This document shows positions 42,520 to 56,753 of a stretch of DNA of 64,000 nt, piece after piece; the first letter of the stretch is position 1; every line of letters starts with the position of its first letter. The notes under the pieces were generated by a model, which was not told the DNA's origin, searched no databases, and was given only the letters and a program-made list of their open reading frames with translations. The DNA is taken from NCBI GenBank assembly GCA_964016885.1, contig OZ024744.1, positions 27,466,001 to 27,530,000 on the forward strand, in the 5' to 3' direction. Position numbers and translations under genes: made by a program. Source of the DNA: Eledone cirrhosa (Eukaryota).

Positions 42520-45500
42520 GTTCTTTGTGTTTGTTGAAATCAATATCAAGCCACTACCTGCAGCCTCAGATATTCAGGACGTACCGGAGGGTTCTTTCTG
42601 TTCCCAGCAAGCATGCCTTTTGATGTGTTCCAAAAAGCGGGGCGGGACTAATTTTCTCTAACCAGCCCTGGATACTTTTTGAGATAGTACCTAGTGCGCC
42701 TATGACAATCGGGACCACTTTGACATCATGGCAGTTCCAAATCCTTTTTACCTCCCAATTTATGTCCTGGTAACGGTTAATTTTCTCCCTTTCCTTCTCT
42801 TGCACTCTCGTGTCGAATGGGCAGGCTACATCCACATTCAGGCACGATCTTTTTTCCTTGTCCAAAACCACCAGGTCAGGTCTATTGTGTTCCAGTTTCT
42901 TGTCCGTCTGTATCCTAAAATCCCACAGCACCTTCATCTGATCGTTTTCTATCACCGACTCTGGCTTTTCAACCAGTTCCATGTCTGTGGATCTCTGAAT
43001 TCAGTTTTCTCAAAGAAGGTACTATGAAGGGATTTTCATGAAGGCTGCTCTTTCTCCTTGTTGTTATTTCCTCCTTGGACATCCCCTGGTCTATTGTCCT
43101 CTCCTTCAGTACAATTCTGAGCATTGGCCCCTTACTATCAGTCACGTATTTGTGTAGGTTGTTTTTCTCCATCCGAACACAGTCCTCTATGCTGATAAGG
43201 CCTCTTCCACCTTAAGATCTCCTTAAGTAGAGTCTATCAACATCACTCCTCTTGTGGAACATGTTGTAGATAGTCAATAGCTTCCTAGTCTTCCTATCCA
43301 TTTCTTTTTGTTCAGCAACATTCCATCTCAGAAATCCCGCACTGTACCTAATAATAGACACAGCTCGGTAATTTACTGCACTTATGGCATTCCTACTCTT
43401 CAGATGTGACTTTAATACGCTCCTTACTCTCCGAATGTATTTAGATCTTATCAATTCTTTCATTTTTTTTGTTCTTGATGTCATCAGCCTAGAGAAAACC
43501 CAAATACGTGTATCCTTCTTCACTAGTCAATTTCCTTTATCATCTCACCTGTATTTCGTTGCTTCTGCTCAATTTACCCCTCTTCATCTCAAGGACTCCA
43601 CACTTACTAATACCAAATTGCATACATATATCATTGCTGAAAATACGGACAATGTCAACGAGCACATCCAACTCCTTCTCACTCTTCCCGAAGAGCTTAA
43701 GATCGTCCATGAAGAGGAGGTGATTGATGGTAAGCTCTCGCTTTCCCAACTTGTATCCTGCTCTCACTTTTCGCAGTATAATGGTCAGGGGCATCAGGGC
43801 AAGGACAAACAACAGAGGGGACAGACTGTCTCCCTGGAAGATACCTCTCTTGATCTTCACGCCTACCAAGGATTCTCCAGCTGATGATAACTCTGTTTTC
43901 CAGGACTTTTGCCCAACAACTGACTGATGTTATCTGCCACCTTGAAGATCTCTAGGATTTTGGTGATCCAAGAATGAGGCACCATGTCAAATGCCTTTTT
44001 GTACTCTATCCATCCCATGGCAAGACCAGTGTGTCTCCTCTTGCAATTCCTCATTACCATCTTATCAATAAGTAACTGGTCCTTTGTACCACGTGACTTC
44101 TTTCGGCATCCTTTCTGTTCGCCCGGTAACAAGTTGTTTGTGTGAAGGTGATGGTAGATTTCCACAGACATAATGCTTGTCAACAGTTTCCACATTACGG
44201 ACAGACATGTGATAGGTCTATAGTTGGTAACATCATTACCCTTGATTCGGTCTTTTATTAACAGAACTGTGGTACCTTTTGTCAACCACTCTAGTACCTC
44301 ACCTGACATCAAGCAGTCATTGAACATGGTTGTCAGTTTCGGGTGGAGGGATGTTATATTTTGAATCCAATACCCCTGCACACCATCTGGACCTGGTGAT
44401 TTCCAGTTGGTTAGTTTTTTGGCCTGCCCCTTAAGAGTTTCAGCTGTGATACTCAAATCAGTTTGTTGTTGTGCCTGTTAACTAATCTCCTTTTGTACTG
44501 TCTCAATCCACACTGCCTGGTCATTATGTTTAACATCCTGCTCCCATATTCCTCTCCAGAATGTCTTAGTTCGTTCCGCCTCAGGAATCAAGTCGTTGCC
44601 TCTTTCTTTCCCTTCAAGCTGTCCAAACAACATCTTCTGGTTGTTGTCAAACATGCGATTCTATCTATATTGACTGACTCTGCTCTCGTATCGCCTAATT
44701 TTTGCACTCTTTGCTACAATGCGTTGCTTCTGTTCCTCTATGATAATATTTAGCTTTTCCCTCCTAGTTTTGTACTTTATTTCCAGTCTATTTTTAGTGT
44801 CTATGTTTTTTAGTGTCCCATTCAGTAGGGACTCAAGATTTCCAATGTCATTTCTCATTTCTTCCACCAAGGTTCTGATCTTTCTTCTTTGTTGTTTCCT
44901 CTCGCTTTTATGCCAAGTAATTTTCTCACCGCATTTGCTGTTGCTTTGAGGATATTGTTGCACTGGTGAAGGCTCCTCGCCTCAAGGTATGGGATGACTT
45001 TGTTTACTTTAGCTGTTGTTTCTTTTAACTTTTTCCTATCTAAAAATCTTAGGTTCATAGGTTTCCCACTATCATTGTTCAATTCATCTACCACTAAGTT
45101 TAGGATATCAACCAAATCTTGTCCTAGCCCGTCAGCATTCATCTCCTCAATGGCCGTATCTCTGTTCCAGGTATTATTTATTTCAGCATTCAGATCATTG
45201 TCTGCTTCGGATGGTTCCTCCGTTCTCTCAACCTCTTCACCTTCATTTCCCACTGGCTCGTTTGCCTGGCATACTCCACTCTCGTTTTCCAACCTAATCT
45301 CTCTGCTCAGTTCCTCCAGTTCCAACTCCCTTATCCACAATAGTTCTTATTACCCGAGCCTGACCGGCCAATTTTTGTTCATCTAATTTAAATGGACCAA
45401 TCTCGTTCCAGATGTTATGCATCCGTTTCCTATAGCCTTTCTCCTTGGGGTTACTCTTCAGGTAACATTGCATAACAGTTCTATTCAATTTCGTCCAGTT

Positions 45501-45859
45501 GGTTCTGGTTCCTTTCCTTCTTCTTCTTCCTCCGATACCAGCAGTATTTGGTTGACAGCCAGGTCCCTGCAGCTGAGCCAGGCAGCACCTGCTGGGTGAG
45601 AGTCTGTCACATGACATTCCAGTCTCCACTTCACCGTTATTCGAACTGTTTAGGTTCGACATTTAAACACTCTTATCGAGGATTGGTGAATGTATGATTA
45701 CATAACCACCGGTGATTTCATCACCCCCGGTGATTTTAGTGTGGCACTATCACGCTGTAGACGAACATAAATAAACAAACAAACAAATAGGTAAAAAATA
45801 AAAAAAAGAATAAGCATAAATTTCATTGTAATGTAATGTTTGAATGTCTGACGTTTTTT
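42520..45859 (-). mobile_element. near-full-length, decayed R4/Dong-clade LINE
   Basis: N-terminal RTNWT..VMQCY..SNP..GYRKRMHNIW; RT NWKSPGPDG, NYRPITCL, EQKGC, GIFQGDSLSP, HLLFMDDLKL; RLE HNRPDLVV..DVACP..K..Y..PIVIGALG. Bounded by (ATT)n on both sides. Confidence 0.92.
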
Positions 45860-45871
45860 ATTATTATTATT

Positions 45872-47757
45872 CATCGGTACCTGGCGGCGGTCCTCGAGGC
45901 AGCCGGTTTCGGGCCCGTTTTCAGGCGTTGGATCGCAGCAATGTAGAGCGACATCTGCTCAGTTGTGAGGGTGAACGGTCACCTGTCGCAGCCGTTCAGC
46001 ATCATGCGCTCAGTCCGCCAGGGTTGTCCCCTTTCGTCCCTCTTGTACGTATTGGCTCTCGAGCCGTTACTGCACAAACTGGGGACGATCAGGGGCGTCC
46101 CACGCGAACTAGGATGCGGGAAATCCGAGTCGGCTTACGCTGACGACGTTACCGTGGTGGTGTCGAGCACCAGACACATCCAGATGCTCGGCACCGCTCT
46201 CAAGGAATACGAAGCGGTGACAGGAGCAAAGATAAACTAGGAAAAGTCGGTGGGCTTGCAGCTCGACACCTGGAAAGGAAAGTCCATGCTGTCCGACAGC
46301 GTCCTGGGGCGTTGGACGGACGGACCGGCTAAATTGCTCGGGGTCTGGTTCGGACCGGACCTCCAGATGGAGAAAAACTGGAACGAGGTGACGAGCAGGG
46401 TGGCCTCCCTCACCCAGAAATGGGCTGAGAGGAAGCTGTCCCTGAAAGGCCGGGCGGAAATGGCGCATGCGCACATCGCATCTGTCATCTGCTACCGCCT
46501 CACCGTCGTCCCTTGCTCCAGCTCAACTCTCACCAAAATGGAGCGCCACCTCTTCCGCTTTTTGTGGAAGGGACGCGCTCCCACGTTCAGACGATCCATC
46601 TGCTGTCAACACCCGTTGCGTGGAGGACTGGGCATGCAATGGCTGATGATGCGCAAACATGCGCTGAGGTTGCGACATCTCTGGTGCTTCCTTGATGGTG
46701 AACGGGTGTGGTCGCCGTTCGCCAGGCACATTTTCCCACAGCTCGTCTCCTTGACGGAGCTTCAGTCCTAGGTCAGAAAAAGACCGAGGGATAGCGCTTG
46801 GAAACTGGAATGTCTCCAGGCGCTCACTGCCCTCTCCCAGTTGGGCACCAGTATCGGTGGAACATCCACCTCGGCGTTCTATAGAGGACTAGTGGGAGGG
46901 AAGAGCGACGACATTCTCGGAGAGATCCTGGGCGTCGAAGAAGATCAGCTGTTTGCCCGGGGCCTATGGATAACTTCCAAAAATCCCTGGCCTGGCAGTG
47001 CTACCGGGGAGCGCTGCCGGTTCGTGATAAGCTCTACAGGCACGGAAGTGCCGTCAGCCCAGCCTGTCCGAGATGCGCGCAACGATGCCCGAGCATTGCT
47101 GACTTGTGGAGCTATGTCGAACAGTTGCTGTCACGTGTGGTACTGATCCGGTTGTCGACTGAGTCCATTGTGCAGATGGTCTCGCCGTCTTCCTTCGAGG
47201 AGGAAGGGCAGGCGGTTTTCATCTGCCTGGTGGCCATGGCGAATGAGATTGTGTGGTGGACAAGATTTAAAGGTGTTAAAGACAGACACTTTCCTCTTCG
47301 GCGAATCCCTAATTAACTTTTTCAAGTTTCACTTGAAGAGGAAAATCAGGGTGGAGAGGCAAGTGCTGCTTTCTAGCAAGTTTGTTGAAAGGTGGGTGAA
47401 TGTAGCGAGAATGGTCCGAGTGAACGGGACCTCTCTGAATATACGTCTGTAGTTTAAGAGATGGAAAAATTGAGAGAGGGCGCTTGCCCTGGTAGTCAGG
47501 GTGGCCGTGGTCTTTTGTGTGGTTTTCGCCATGAGTAACACTCGGAGGTTTCCCCCCTATTGGGGAATTTTTCTTTGTTTCAATTTTCATTTTATTGTTT
47601 ATATATATATATGTTTTATGTCTTTTTTTCTTTTCTTATATAAATAATAAAAATATTTACACGCACAAAACCCACATTGTACCGACCTGTTGAGTCTGTG
47701 ATGTTTTTCTTGATGTCAGCCCTTGTGGCCAATAAAGAAATCATTATTATTATTATT
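45872..47757 (+). mobile_element. 5'-truncated Tx1 LINE
   Basis: SVRQGCPLS, AYADD, LLGVWFG, LSLKGR, GGLGM, CPRC; 3'UTR and (ATT)n tail. Confidence 0.92.
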
Positions 47758-48757
47758 ACAGTTGCATTTATCTTGCTTTATGTTCATACGAGTTATCACC
47801 AAGTCACAACCAGTGACCTCAAGAGACAACAAGGTCCGCCATGTTCAAGAAAGAACATACATACTCACACATGCATCTTTAGTGTTTAGACTTGTGATGT
47901 ACTTATATTGATAGAATCTTCCTTTGTATATGGGCAGTTCCCATTAGTACTATCTTTTGTATTTCTCCTATACGCGGGTTTCCTGGGATTTGCTATAAGT
48001 AATCATTAGACCCCTTAGGTATCATTCCCAGAGCGCCTACAACCACTGGTATTGTTTTAGTTCTCAATTTCCACATTTTTCCAATTTCTATCTCCAGGTC
48101 CTTATACTTGCTCAATTTTGTCTATTGGAATGGACATATCAATTAGCAGGCATACGCTCTTTTGAAAGTCCTTCAATATTATATCAGGTCTATTTGCATC
48201 TATTTTTCGGTCTGTTTGGATGCTAAAGTTCCACAAGATTGAGATGTGATCTTTTTCAAGTATGGGAGGTGGTTGATGCTCCCACCAATTCTTTTGATGG
48301 GGCAGGTCAAAACGCTTACACATTATCCAATGTATGTATTGTGCAGCTCTGTCATGCCTGTTTAGGTATTCGGTTGGAGCTATAGGACTGCACATTGAAA
48401 TTATATGGTCAATGGTCTCTGGTTGTTTTTTGCATACACGGCATAATGGGCTGCATCCATTCTTTATTATGTTGGCTTGGTAATTTTTTGTTGGCAGACA
48501 CTGATCTTGTGCTGATATAATCAGTCCTTCAGTCTCCGATTTCAGTCCAGAGGATGCCAACCACTGATGGGTTAAAGTTTTGTCAACATCAGGATTGTTA
48601 GCTCGTTCTGGGTATTTTCCATACAGAGGCTTTTCTTGCCATTTCTTAGCCAGTTTCTGTAGCAGTTCTTTCTTTGCAGTTACTTTTACCTGCTTTGCTT
48701 TTTCTGTGTTTTCCATTTCAGCAGTAAATGGGACTTCTGAAATTTGTAGTCCATTAC
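47758..48757 (-). mobile_element. R4/Dong family 2, short 3' copy
   Basis: ORF 48102-48716 (AQDQ, CRVC..ETIDH...C, RHD, NRPDII); near-duplicate of 48779-49804 with a small deletion at ~48119. Confidence 0.92.
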
Positions 48758-48778
48758 ATTATTATTATTATTATTATT

Positions 48779-50694
48779 ACAGTTGCATTTAACTTGCTTT
48801 ATGTTCATACGAGTTATCACCAAGTCACAACCAGTGACCTCAAGAGACAACAAGGTCCGCCATGTTCAAGAAAGAACATACATATTCACACATGCATCTT
48901 TAGTGTTTAGACTTGTGATGTACTTATATTGACAGAATCTTCCTTAGTATATGGGCAGTTCCCATTAGTACTATCTTTTGTATTTCTCCTATACGCGGGT
49001 TTCCTGGGATTTGCGATAAGTAATCATTAGACCCCTTAGGTATCATTCCCAGAGCGCCTACAACCACTGGTATTGTTTTAGTTCTCAATTTCCACATTTT
49101 TCCAATTTCTATCTCCAGGTCCTTATACTTGCTCAATTTTTCAAATGTTTTTATAGATACATTCTTGTCTATTGGAACAGACATATCAATTAGCAGGCAT
49201 ACCCTCTTTTGAAAGTCCTTCAATATTATATCAGGTCTATTTGCATCTATTTTTCGGTCTGTTTGGATGCTAAAGTTCCACAAGATTGAGATGTGATTTT
49301 TTCAAGTATGGGAGCTGGTTGATGCTCCCACCAATTCTTTTGATGGGGCAGGTCAAAATGCTTACACATTATCCAATGTATGTATTGTGCAGCTCTGTCA
49401 TGCCTGTTTAGGTATTCGGTTGGAGCTATAGGACTGCACATTGAAATTATATGGTCAATGGTCTCTGGTTGTTTTTTGCATACACGGCATAATGGGCTGC
49501 ATCCATTTTTTATTATGTTGGCTTGGTAATTTTTTGTTGGCAGACACTGATCTTGTGCTGATATAATCAGTCCTTCAGTCTCCGATTTCAGTCCAGAGGA
49601 TGCCAACCACTGATGGGTTAAAGTTTTGTCAACATCAGGATTGTTAGCTCGTTCTGGGTATTTTCCATACAGAGGCTTTTCTTGCCATTTCTTAGCCAGT
49701 TTCTGTAGCAGTTCTTTCTTTGCAGTTACTTTTACCTGCTTTGCTTTTTCTGTGTTTTCCATTTCAGCAGTAAATGGGACTTCTGAAATGTGTAGTCCAT
49801 TACTGTATCTTTGTGCATCTTTTGTAATGGAATATGATCTTTTGATGCTTTCGTGTTTCAAAACGAGTTTGATCATCCAACCATGTGATTCCCTTAGATA
49901 TGTAGATAATCCAATTGTTGCAGTTTTCAACGCAATGTCTAACTGGATTAACCCACGTCCTCCTTCTTTCCTAGGGAGATATATTATATCTATATCTACC
50001 TTAGGGTGATGCATTCTGTGCATGGTTAAGAATTTTTGAATTTTTGTATCGAGCCTACGGATCTCTGTGCTTGACCAGTTGATGACATTGTAACTGTAGG
50101 TTACTACTGGTATGGCAAGCGTGTTTATGGCATCGATCCTATTCCTTGCATTCAATTCCGTTCTTAAGATTGCTCTTACTCTGCGGTAACATTCCTTCCT
50201 TATCCTTTCCCTCATTGTCGAGTGCTTGATTCCGTCTGCTTCACAAACACCTAGATATTTGTAAGTTTTTTCTTGATCAAGTTCTCTTATCACGTTCCCC
50301 CGATCAAGATTAATGTCTGAACTCTTCAGCAGCTTTCCTCTGGTGAACGTTGCTTTGGCGCATTTATCTAGTCCAAACTCCATTTTAATGTCATCACTGA
50401 ACTGCTCCACAGTGGATAATAGCCCTTGCAATTGTTCATAATTTTTTGCAAATAGTTTCAGGTCATCCATGTAGAACAGGTGATTAATGGTTTTGTCATA
50501 GACTTTATATCCATGTTTTGTTTCATTGAGCATTTTACTTAATGGTATAAGTGCGATGCAGAATAAAAGCGGTGATAAAGAGTCACCCTGAAAAATTCCA
50601 CAATTAATATTAACTTCTCCAGCTTCCAGTGATTTTTTTCACTATTCAAAAGGAGTGTCGTTTTCCATGTCTTCATACTGAATGACAAAAACCT
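48779..50694 (-). mobile_element. R4/Dong family 2, longer 5'-truncated copy
   Basis: ORFs 49247-50533 and 48924-49283 (HLFYMDDLKL, YKYLG, GGRGL, CCHC, NRPD, K..KY..L, PVVVGALG); (ATT)n on both sides. Confidence 0.93.
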
Positions 50695-50745
50695 ATTATT
50701 ATTATTATTATTATTATTGTTATTTTTATTATTATTATTATTATT

Positions 50746-51817
50746 AAGGAAGGGCAGGCAATTTTCCTCAGGTTAGGGATACACTCTACAGACACGGAAG
50801 TGCTGTCTGGTGGCCGTTGCGAAAGAGGTTATATGGTGAACCTGATTAAAAGAACTGAAGACAGACACTTTTCTCTTCGGCCAATCCCTCATCGACTTTT
50901 TCAAGTTTCACTTGGAAAGGAAGGTGAGGGTGGAGAAAGAAGTGCTGTCCCCCAGTACATTTGCTGAAAGGTGGGTGAATGTGGCGAGAATGGCCCGTGT
51001 GAGTGGGCCTACTCTGGTCATGCGGTTGTAGGGGTGCCTTTCCAGGGTGCTCTCGAAGCGTCGGGTCGTTCAGTATTGGTGGGGTACCTGAGCGAACCCT
51101 AGGTGGTCATCGCCCCTTTTGTGGAATTTTTTCTTGTTGTAATTTTATTTTTACTTTATTGTTACTTTGTTATTGTTATTCATATAGTTTACTCGAATTT
51201 TCTGTAAAACCCCACTGTCCCAGTCTTTTGTATTGTCCCCTATTGCCCGTCTTCCTTCGAGGAGGAAGGGCAGGCGGTTTTCATCTGCCTGGAGGCCATG
51301 GCGAAAGAGATTGTGTGGTGGACAAGGTTAAAAGGGTTAAAGACAGACACTTTCCTCTTCGGCGAATCCCTAATTAACTTTTTCAAGTTTCACCTGAAGA
51401 GGAAAATCAGGGTGGAGAGGCAAGTGCTGCTTTCTAGCAAGTTTGTTGAAAGGTGGGTGAATGTAGCGAGAATGGTCCGAGTGAACGGGACCACTCTGGA
51501 TATACGTCTGTAGTTTGAGAGATGGAAAAATTGAGAGAGGGCGCTTGCCCTGGTGGTCAGGGTGGCCGTGGTCTTTTGTGTGGTTTTCGCCACGAGTAAC
51601 CCTCGGAGGTTTCCCCCCTATTGGGGAATTTTTCATTGTTTCAATTTTCATTTTTATTGTTTATATATATATATGTTTCTATGTCCTTATTTTTCTTTTC
51701 TTATATAAATAATAAAAATATTTACACGCACAAAACCCACATCGTACCGTCCTATACCGTCCTGTGCCGTCTGTAATGTTTTTCTTGATGCCAGCCCTTG
51801 TGGCCAATAAAGAAATC
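50746..51817 (+). mobile_element. two fused Tx1 3' fragments (subfamily B 50746-51245, subfamily C 51246-51817)
   Basis: The first part matches 56960-57470 and the second matches 47185-47745. Confidence 0.85.
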
Positions 51818-51857
51818 ATTATTCTTCTTCTTATTCTTCTTCTTCTTCTTCTTCTTC

Positions 51858-51919
<62 letters not shown>

Positions 51920-52271
51920 GGCGACCTACGTAGGAAATCGTATTATCGTGAGCTCCGCAAAGGTTTGTTATTTCCGTTTGTTTAAAAATTGCCATTTATG
52001 GAAAATTTTATTGTTAACTGTTTATAAGCACACATACATTGTTTTCCGAAAAGGACACCTAAAAAGATTGTGGCCTTGTGCCCAAAATTTTAACTTTTAT
52101 TATTATCAAAAAATTTCTTTGAAAAAAAATGGCTACTTCACGAAGCAGCTGAAAGCCTTCCTCACAAAATAACACCTCACACCGACACCACCATTGTAGA
52201 TGTTACTACGTTTGCCAACACAAAAAAAAATATAAGCAGTAGCAATATTTTAAATTTGTCTCAGGCAGACA

Positions 52272-54090
52272 TTCATTTCCCGCCATTACCAATGACTGCA
52301 GGTGTTAAAGCCTCCACCACCACCACCACCACCGCGACAACAGAAACAAAAGAAGAAAAAAATAAATTAACTCGTGATGTCGAAATGAAATCAAGCAAAA
52401 TGGACTCTTCCCCACCAAAGACGACTGACGTCACCACCACAACTGAAACTAAAATTAATATTAACGATAGCAACAACAACAACAATGACATTATAACCCC
52501 CCCCCCCTCAGTTTCGCCAGAGTAGCAAAACAATTCGAAGCATTTACCGTAACTCAAGAAGATTTAGAAAATGCCAAACAAATGGTAAAGAAAGATAGGT
52601 ACAGGGTCAGCCTCACCCCCCCCCCCCCCCCCGCCTAATAAAATGGAGCATCGGCGCCTATGCACCGTGTCGTATAGAACAATAAATGTAAAATCGCGCC
52701 GAGTGGAACGGGCATCCGAGTCCCAAATCCCAAAAGCTTTGGGACATGTGTGGGCAAGAAAAACCCACATCAGACGTGGGCAAAAGTATGGAACCGTGAA
52801 TGTGTTCTTTGAAACACCAGAGGAGGCTAGAGAACACTCCATGGCCCCATTAAAGAGTGACGACCTCACACTCGTCCCAAGCTATTGTGGCCAGAGACTC
52901 GTAAAGATCAGGGTGACCCATGTTCCACCGGCCATCGAAATTCCCTGGCTAATAGCGGCTGTCCTCGCCGGCATCGAAGCCAACACGAAAATAATAGCAG
53001 TAGCAAAAGAAAAGCAGGAAAACTGGTCCGGATCTGGGATGGAGCTCCTGATCCAAGCGGACCAAAAAAGCATTGAGGAGATCCCAGAGGTAATAGACCT
53101 CACTGACGGCAGCCACCTCACGGTAATTGTCGAGGGCAGAAGACCTAGGTGTGTCGTTTGTGGTGAAGGAACCCACCTAAGGGCTTTCTGCCCTCAGGCT
53201 AAAAGGTTGAGGCCACCTCTCCTACCCACCCCAGTGACACAACCATCAACACCACCAGTAGCAGAGATGGCAGCAACAACTGTAGCAGCAACAACAGAAG
53301 CAACTATAACAGCAACAACCCCAGCAACAGTAGCAAAACCAACACCACTACCACCACCAGCAAAACCAACACCACCACCACCCAACGCTTCAGAACTAGC
53401 ACCAGCGCCTACACCATCCACCACATCACAACCAAAACTAACGGCTGTGGAGGATTTTCCACTCCCCGGCCTATCACAACTGGAGACAGATTGTGACGAC
53501 GAGGAGTGGGAAACGATATCCGGAAAAAAAAAAGAAACCAAAAAAGAAAAAATTCTCTTCCTTCCCCCTCCAAAAACAAAATACAGAGGGAAACAAATAA
53601 ACTAAGAAACAAAAAAGTTAGGACAGATATGCCACCATCCACACCAGCATCACCAACCCCATCAACCCAAACACCAACACCATCACCATCATTAACTCCA
53701 ACACCACCATCACCTACACCACAAAAGTCACCAAAATGCGAAACAGAAACAAACCCACAACAAACGCAAACAAAACAAAACAACCAAAGCGATACGCACT
53801 ACACAGCATTAAATTTGAACAACAAGCAATTATTACACTACATCCAACACAACACCAGCATCACAGAAAAAGACTACACAACAACCCCAAAATTCACACC
53901 ACCTCCACACATACAAATCACTCGTATCACACAGAAAACGTACATGACACTAAAACAAAAATTCCCCAAAGACATCGGAGACTTCCGACAAGCACTCTCC
54001 AGGAGCATTTATAAGGACATCCTTCCTGAGGAGGCCACAAGCAGTGAAAAGGATGGAAAAGCCGTCCTTCCCCTACGAGAAGTAAGGTAA
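52272..54090 (+). pseudogene. Tx1 ORF1 (gag-like, CCHC knuckle, Pro/Thr-rich tail), frameshifted
   Basis: RPRCVVCGEGTHLRAFCP in ORF 52643-53605; the frame breaks lie at or near poly-C and poly-A runs. Confidence 0.8.
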
Positions 54091-54124
54091 GTGGTCTTTC
54101 CCATCTTTTCCACTCCTTTTCAAC

Positions 54125-56753
54125 ATGACCTCACTCAGAATAGGCAGCATAAATGCGCGTGGCTTGGGGTCGTCATGGAAGCAGGGCCACCTGCTCAACG
54201 ACCTCAGGTCACTAAACATAGATGTAGTGGCCATCAGCGAAACCAGAATCTCCGAAGCACAAGCTTTCGCACCGATCTTCGGCGGCTACGATGTGTACGC
54301 ATCTCCCAGCCGTCCGGGATCGGGGGGAGGAGTTTCTGTGCTTTTTCGGAGAGGTTTGGATCTTGCCATACGGGCCATCTTCCTGGACCCAGAAGGTAAG
54401 TTGGTGGTGCTGGACGTGACCAGCGGAGACGGGCAAGCTTTCAGGTTAGTGGCCGTCTATGCCCCGACAAGAGCAGGGCGGCCTGATTTCTTCCGGCGTC
54501 TGGAGACCTTTCTTGGAACGTCCCGCTCTTTAGTGTTAGTGGGCGACTGGAACGGGATCCTAGATGCACGCTGGGATTGTGTGGGATTAGTGGATAGGGA
54601 AGGAGGGTGCAAGAGTCTCACCAACCTGCTCAGACGTTTTGAACTGTCTGACAGGTACCGAATGGATTTCCCGAATGTACCAATGTGGACTTGGACAAAT
54701 CGCATAGGGTCATCCAGATCATATCTAGATAGAGTATTTTGTAGGGAAATAGATAGGTCTAGCATAGGCTGTCCACAATTCAAGATAGTCAGCTACACGG
54801 ACCACAAATTCGTGATCTGTGTGCTTGACTTAGATAGGCTTCATAGACGAGGACCCGGCTACTGGAAGCTAAACGCGTCCTTACCAGCGCGCAAGGCCTA
54901 CAGAGACCGGATTAGCGAACTAGTTAAGCGGGCGTTGACGGGGGCCATCGTCAACAACAAGTGGTGGTTTGCTCTGAAAAGAGCAATTAGAATAGAGTCC
55001 ATTAGGTTTAGTAAGACTTTAGCAATAGAGAAAAATAGAGCAGAGGGAGAATTAGTTAGAAAATTAGATGAGGCGCTTAGCAAAGACATCGCGACCGACG
55101 TACTTGCGGCGAAATTGGCCCTTGACCAATTCTTCAATGCAAAGCACGAAGGCTGCGTTGTCAGAGCTAGGGTGCGTGCTCTCAAACACGAGGGGACGAA
55201 AGCCGTTCAATGGGCCCGAGTGGCGGAGGCGCGTCGTGGCAACAAAGCCACGATCCGGTCTTTGGTGGACCACGACGGGCGCATGCTACTCGATCCCGGG
55301 AAAATGTGTGAAGCTTTTCAGCGACACTTCGCTCAACTGTTCGGGGGCAGTGGCGGGCCGGATCGAGGGATGGACTTTAGTGTCTACCTCGACGGACTGC
55401 CGCGGCTTTCGGCCACTGAGGCGGAGTGTTGCGAAAAGCCGATAACAACCGCTGAAGTACGGGATGCAATGACTAGTTGCACAAGGGGTAAATCGCCTGG
55501 TTTGGATGGTCTGCCCTATGAACTTTACGTACAAATGCCAAACTTGTTCGGAGGCCTCTTGGCGGACGTCTACTGCAACTGGCAACAGAACGGGAGAATT
55601 CCCAGCTCTGTGAGCCGAGGAGCGGTGGCGCTGCTGAGAAAGGATCCGAACAAGGGGGATAACATAGATAATTTTAGGCCCATAACTCTGCTAAACACAG
55701 AGTCCAAGATTTTGGCCAAGGTGCTAGCAAAGAGGTTGGCGCTTGTCGTTGGTGGTCTGGTGGGAGAGGCACGGACATGCGCCATTCCCGACAGATCCAT
55801 CCACGACAACCTCCACCTCATGCGATACATCCTAGAGAGGGTAGCTAGGGAACCTGTCACGGGTGGGTCTTTGATCAATTTAGATCAGTCGAAAGCCTTC
55901 GATAGGGTCGACCATCGTTACCTAGCGGCAGTCCTGAGGGCGGCTGGCTTTGGGCCCGTCTTCAGAGGCTGGATCGCTGCCATGCACAGCGACATCTGCT
56001 CTGTAGTGAGAGTGAACGGTCACCTTTCGGAACCGTTCAACATCATGCGCTCGGTCCGCCAAGGATGTCCCCTCTCGTCCCTATTGTACGTATTGACTCT
56101 CGAGCCATTACTGCACAAACTGGAGACGTTGAGGGGGTCCCGCGCGAACTAGGATGCGGAAGATCCGTGTCAGCATATGCCGACGATGTCACCGTAGTGG
56201 TGTCGAACGCCAAACACATCGAGGCGATCGGCACTACACTAAGAGAATACGAAGCGGTGACAGGAGCAATGATCAACCAGGAAAAGTCAGTGGGCCTGCA
56301 GCTCGGCACCTGGAGAGGCAGGTCCATGCCGTCCAACAGCGTCGTCGGGCGCTGGACGGACGGACCGGTTAAATTGCTAGGGGTCTGGTTCGGTCCAGAC
56401 CTCCAGACGGACAAAAACTGGGATGAGGTGACGAGCAGGGTGGCTTCTCTCACCCAGAAATGGGCGGAGAGGAAGCTATCCCTGAAAGGTCGAGCGGAGG
56501 TGGCGAATGCGTACATCGCATCCGTCATCTACTACCGCCTGACCGTCGTACCTTGTCCTAAGCCCCGCCTGACTGCGCTGGAGCGTTTGCTCTTTCGCTT
56601 CTTGTGGAAGGGACGCGCTCCGATGGTCAGGCGGTCCATCTGCTGTCAACACCCGCTACGTGGAGGGCTGGGCATGCCGTGGCTGATGATGCGCAGACAC
56701 GCACTCAGGCTACGACATCTCCACCTCTTCCTCGACTGTGATCAGGTGTGGTC
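54125..56753 (+). pseudogene. Tx1 ORF2: APE endonuclease plus RT, one frameshift at ~56135
   Basis: SINARGL, AISET, VAVYAP, VGDWN, SYLDRVF, TDHK, GPGYWKLN, KSPGLDGLP, NFRPITLLN, DQSKAFDRV, VRQGCPLS; YADD in the next frame. Confidence 0.95.

Noticed and set aside
45662-45770. HDV-like ribozyme in the R4/Dong 5'UTR
   Set aside because: Short inverted repeats are present (CACCGG, GGTGATTTCATCACC), but I could not build the nested double pseudoknot by eye.
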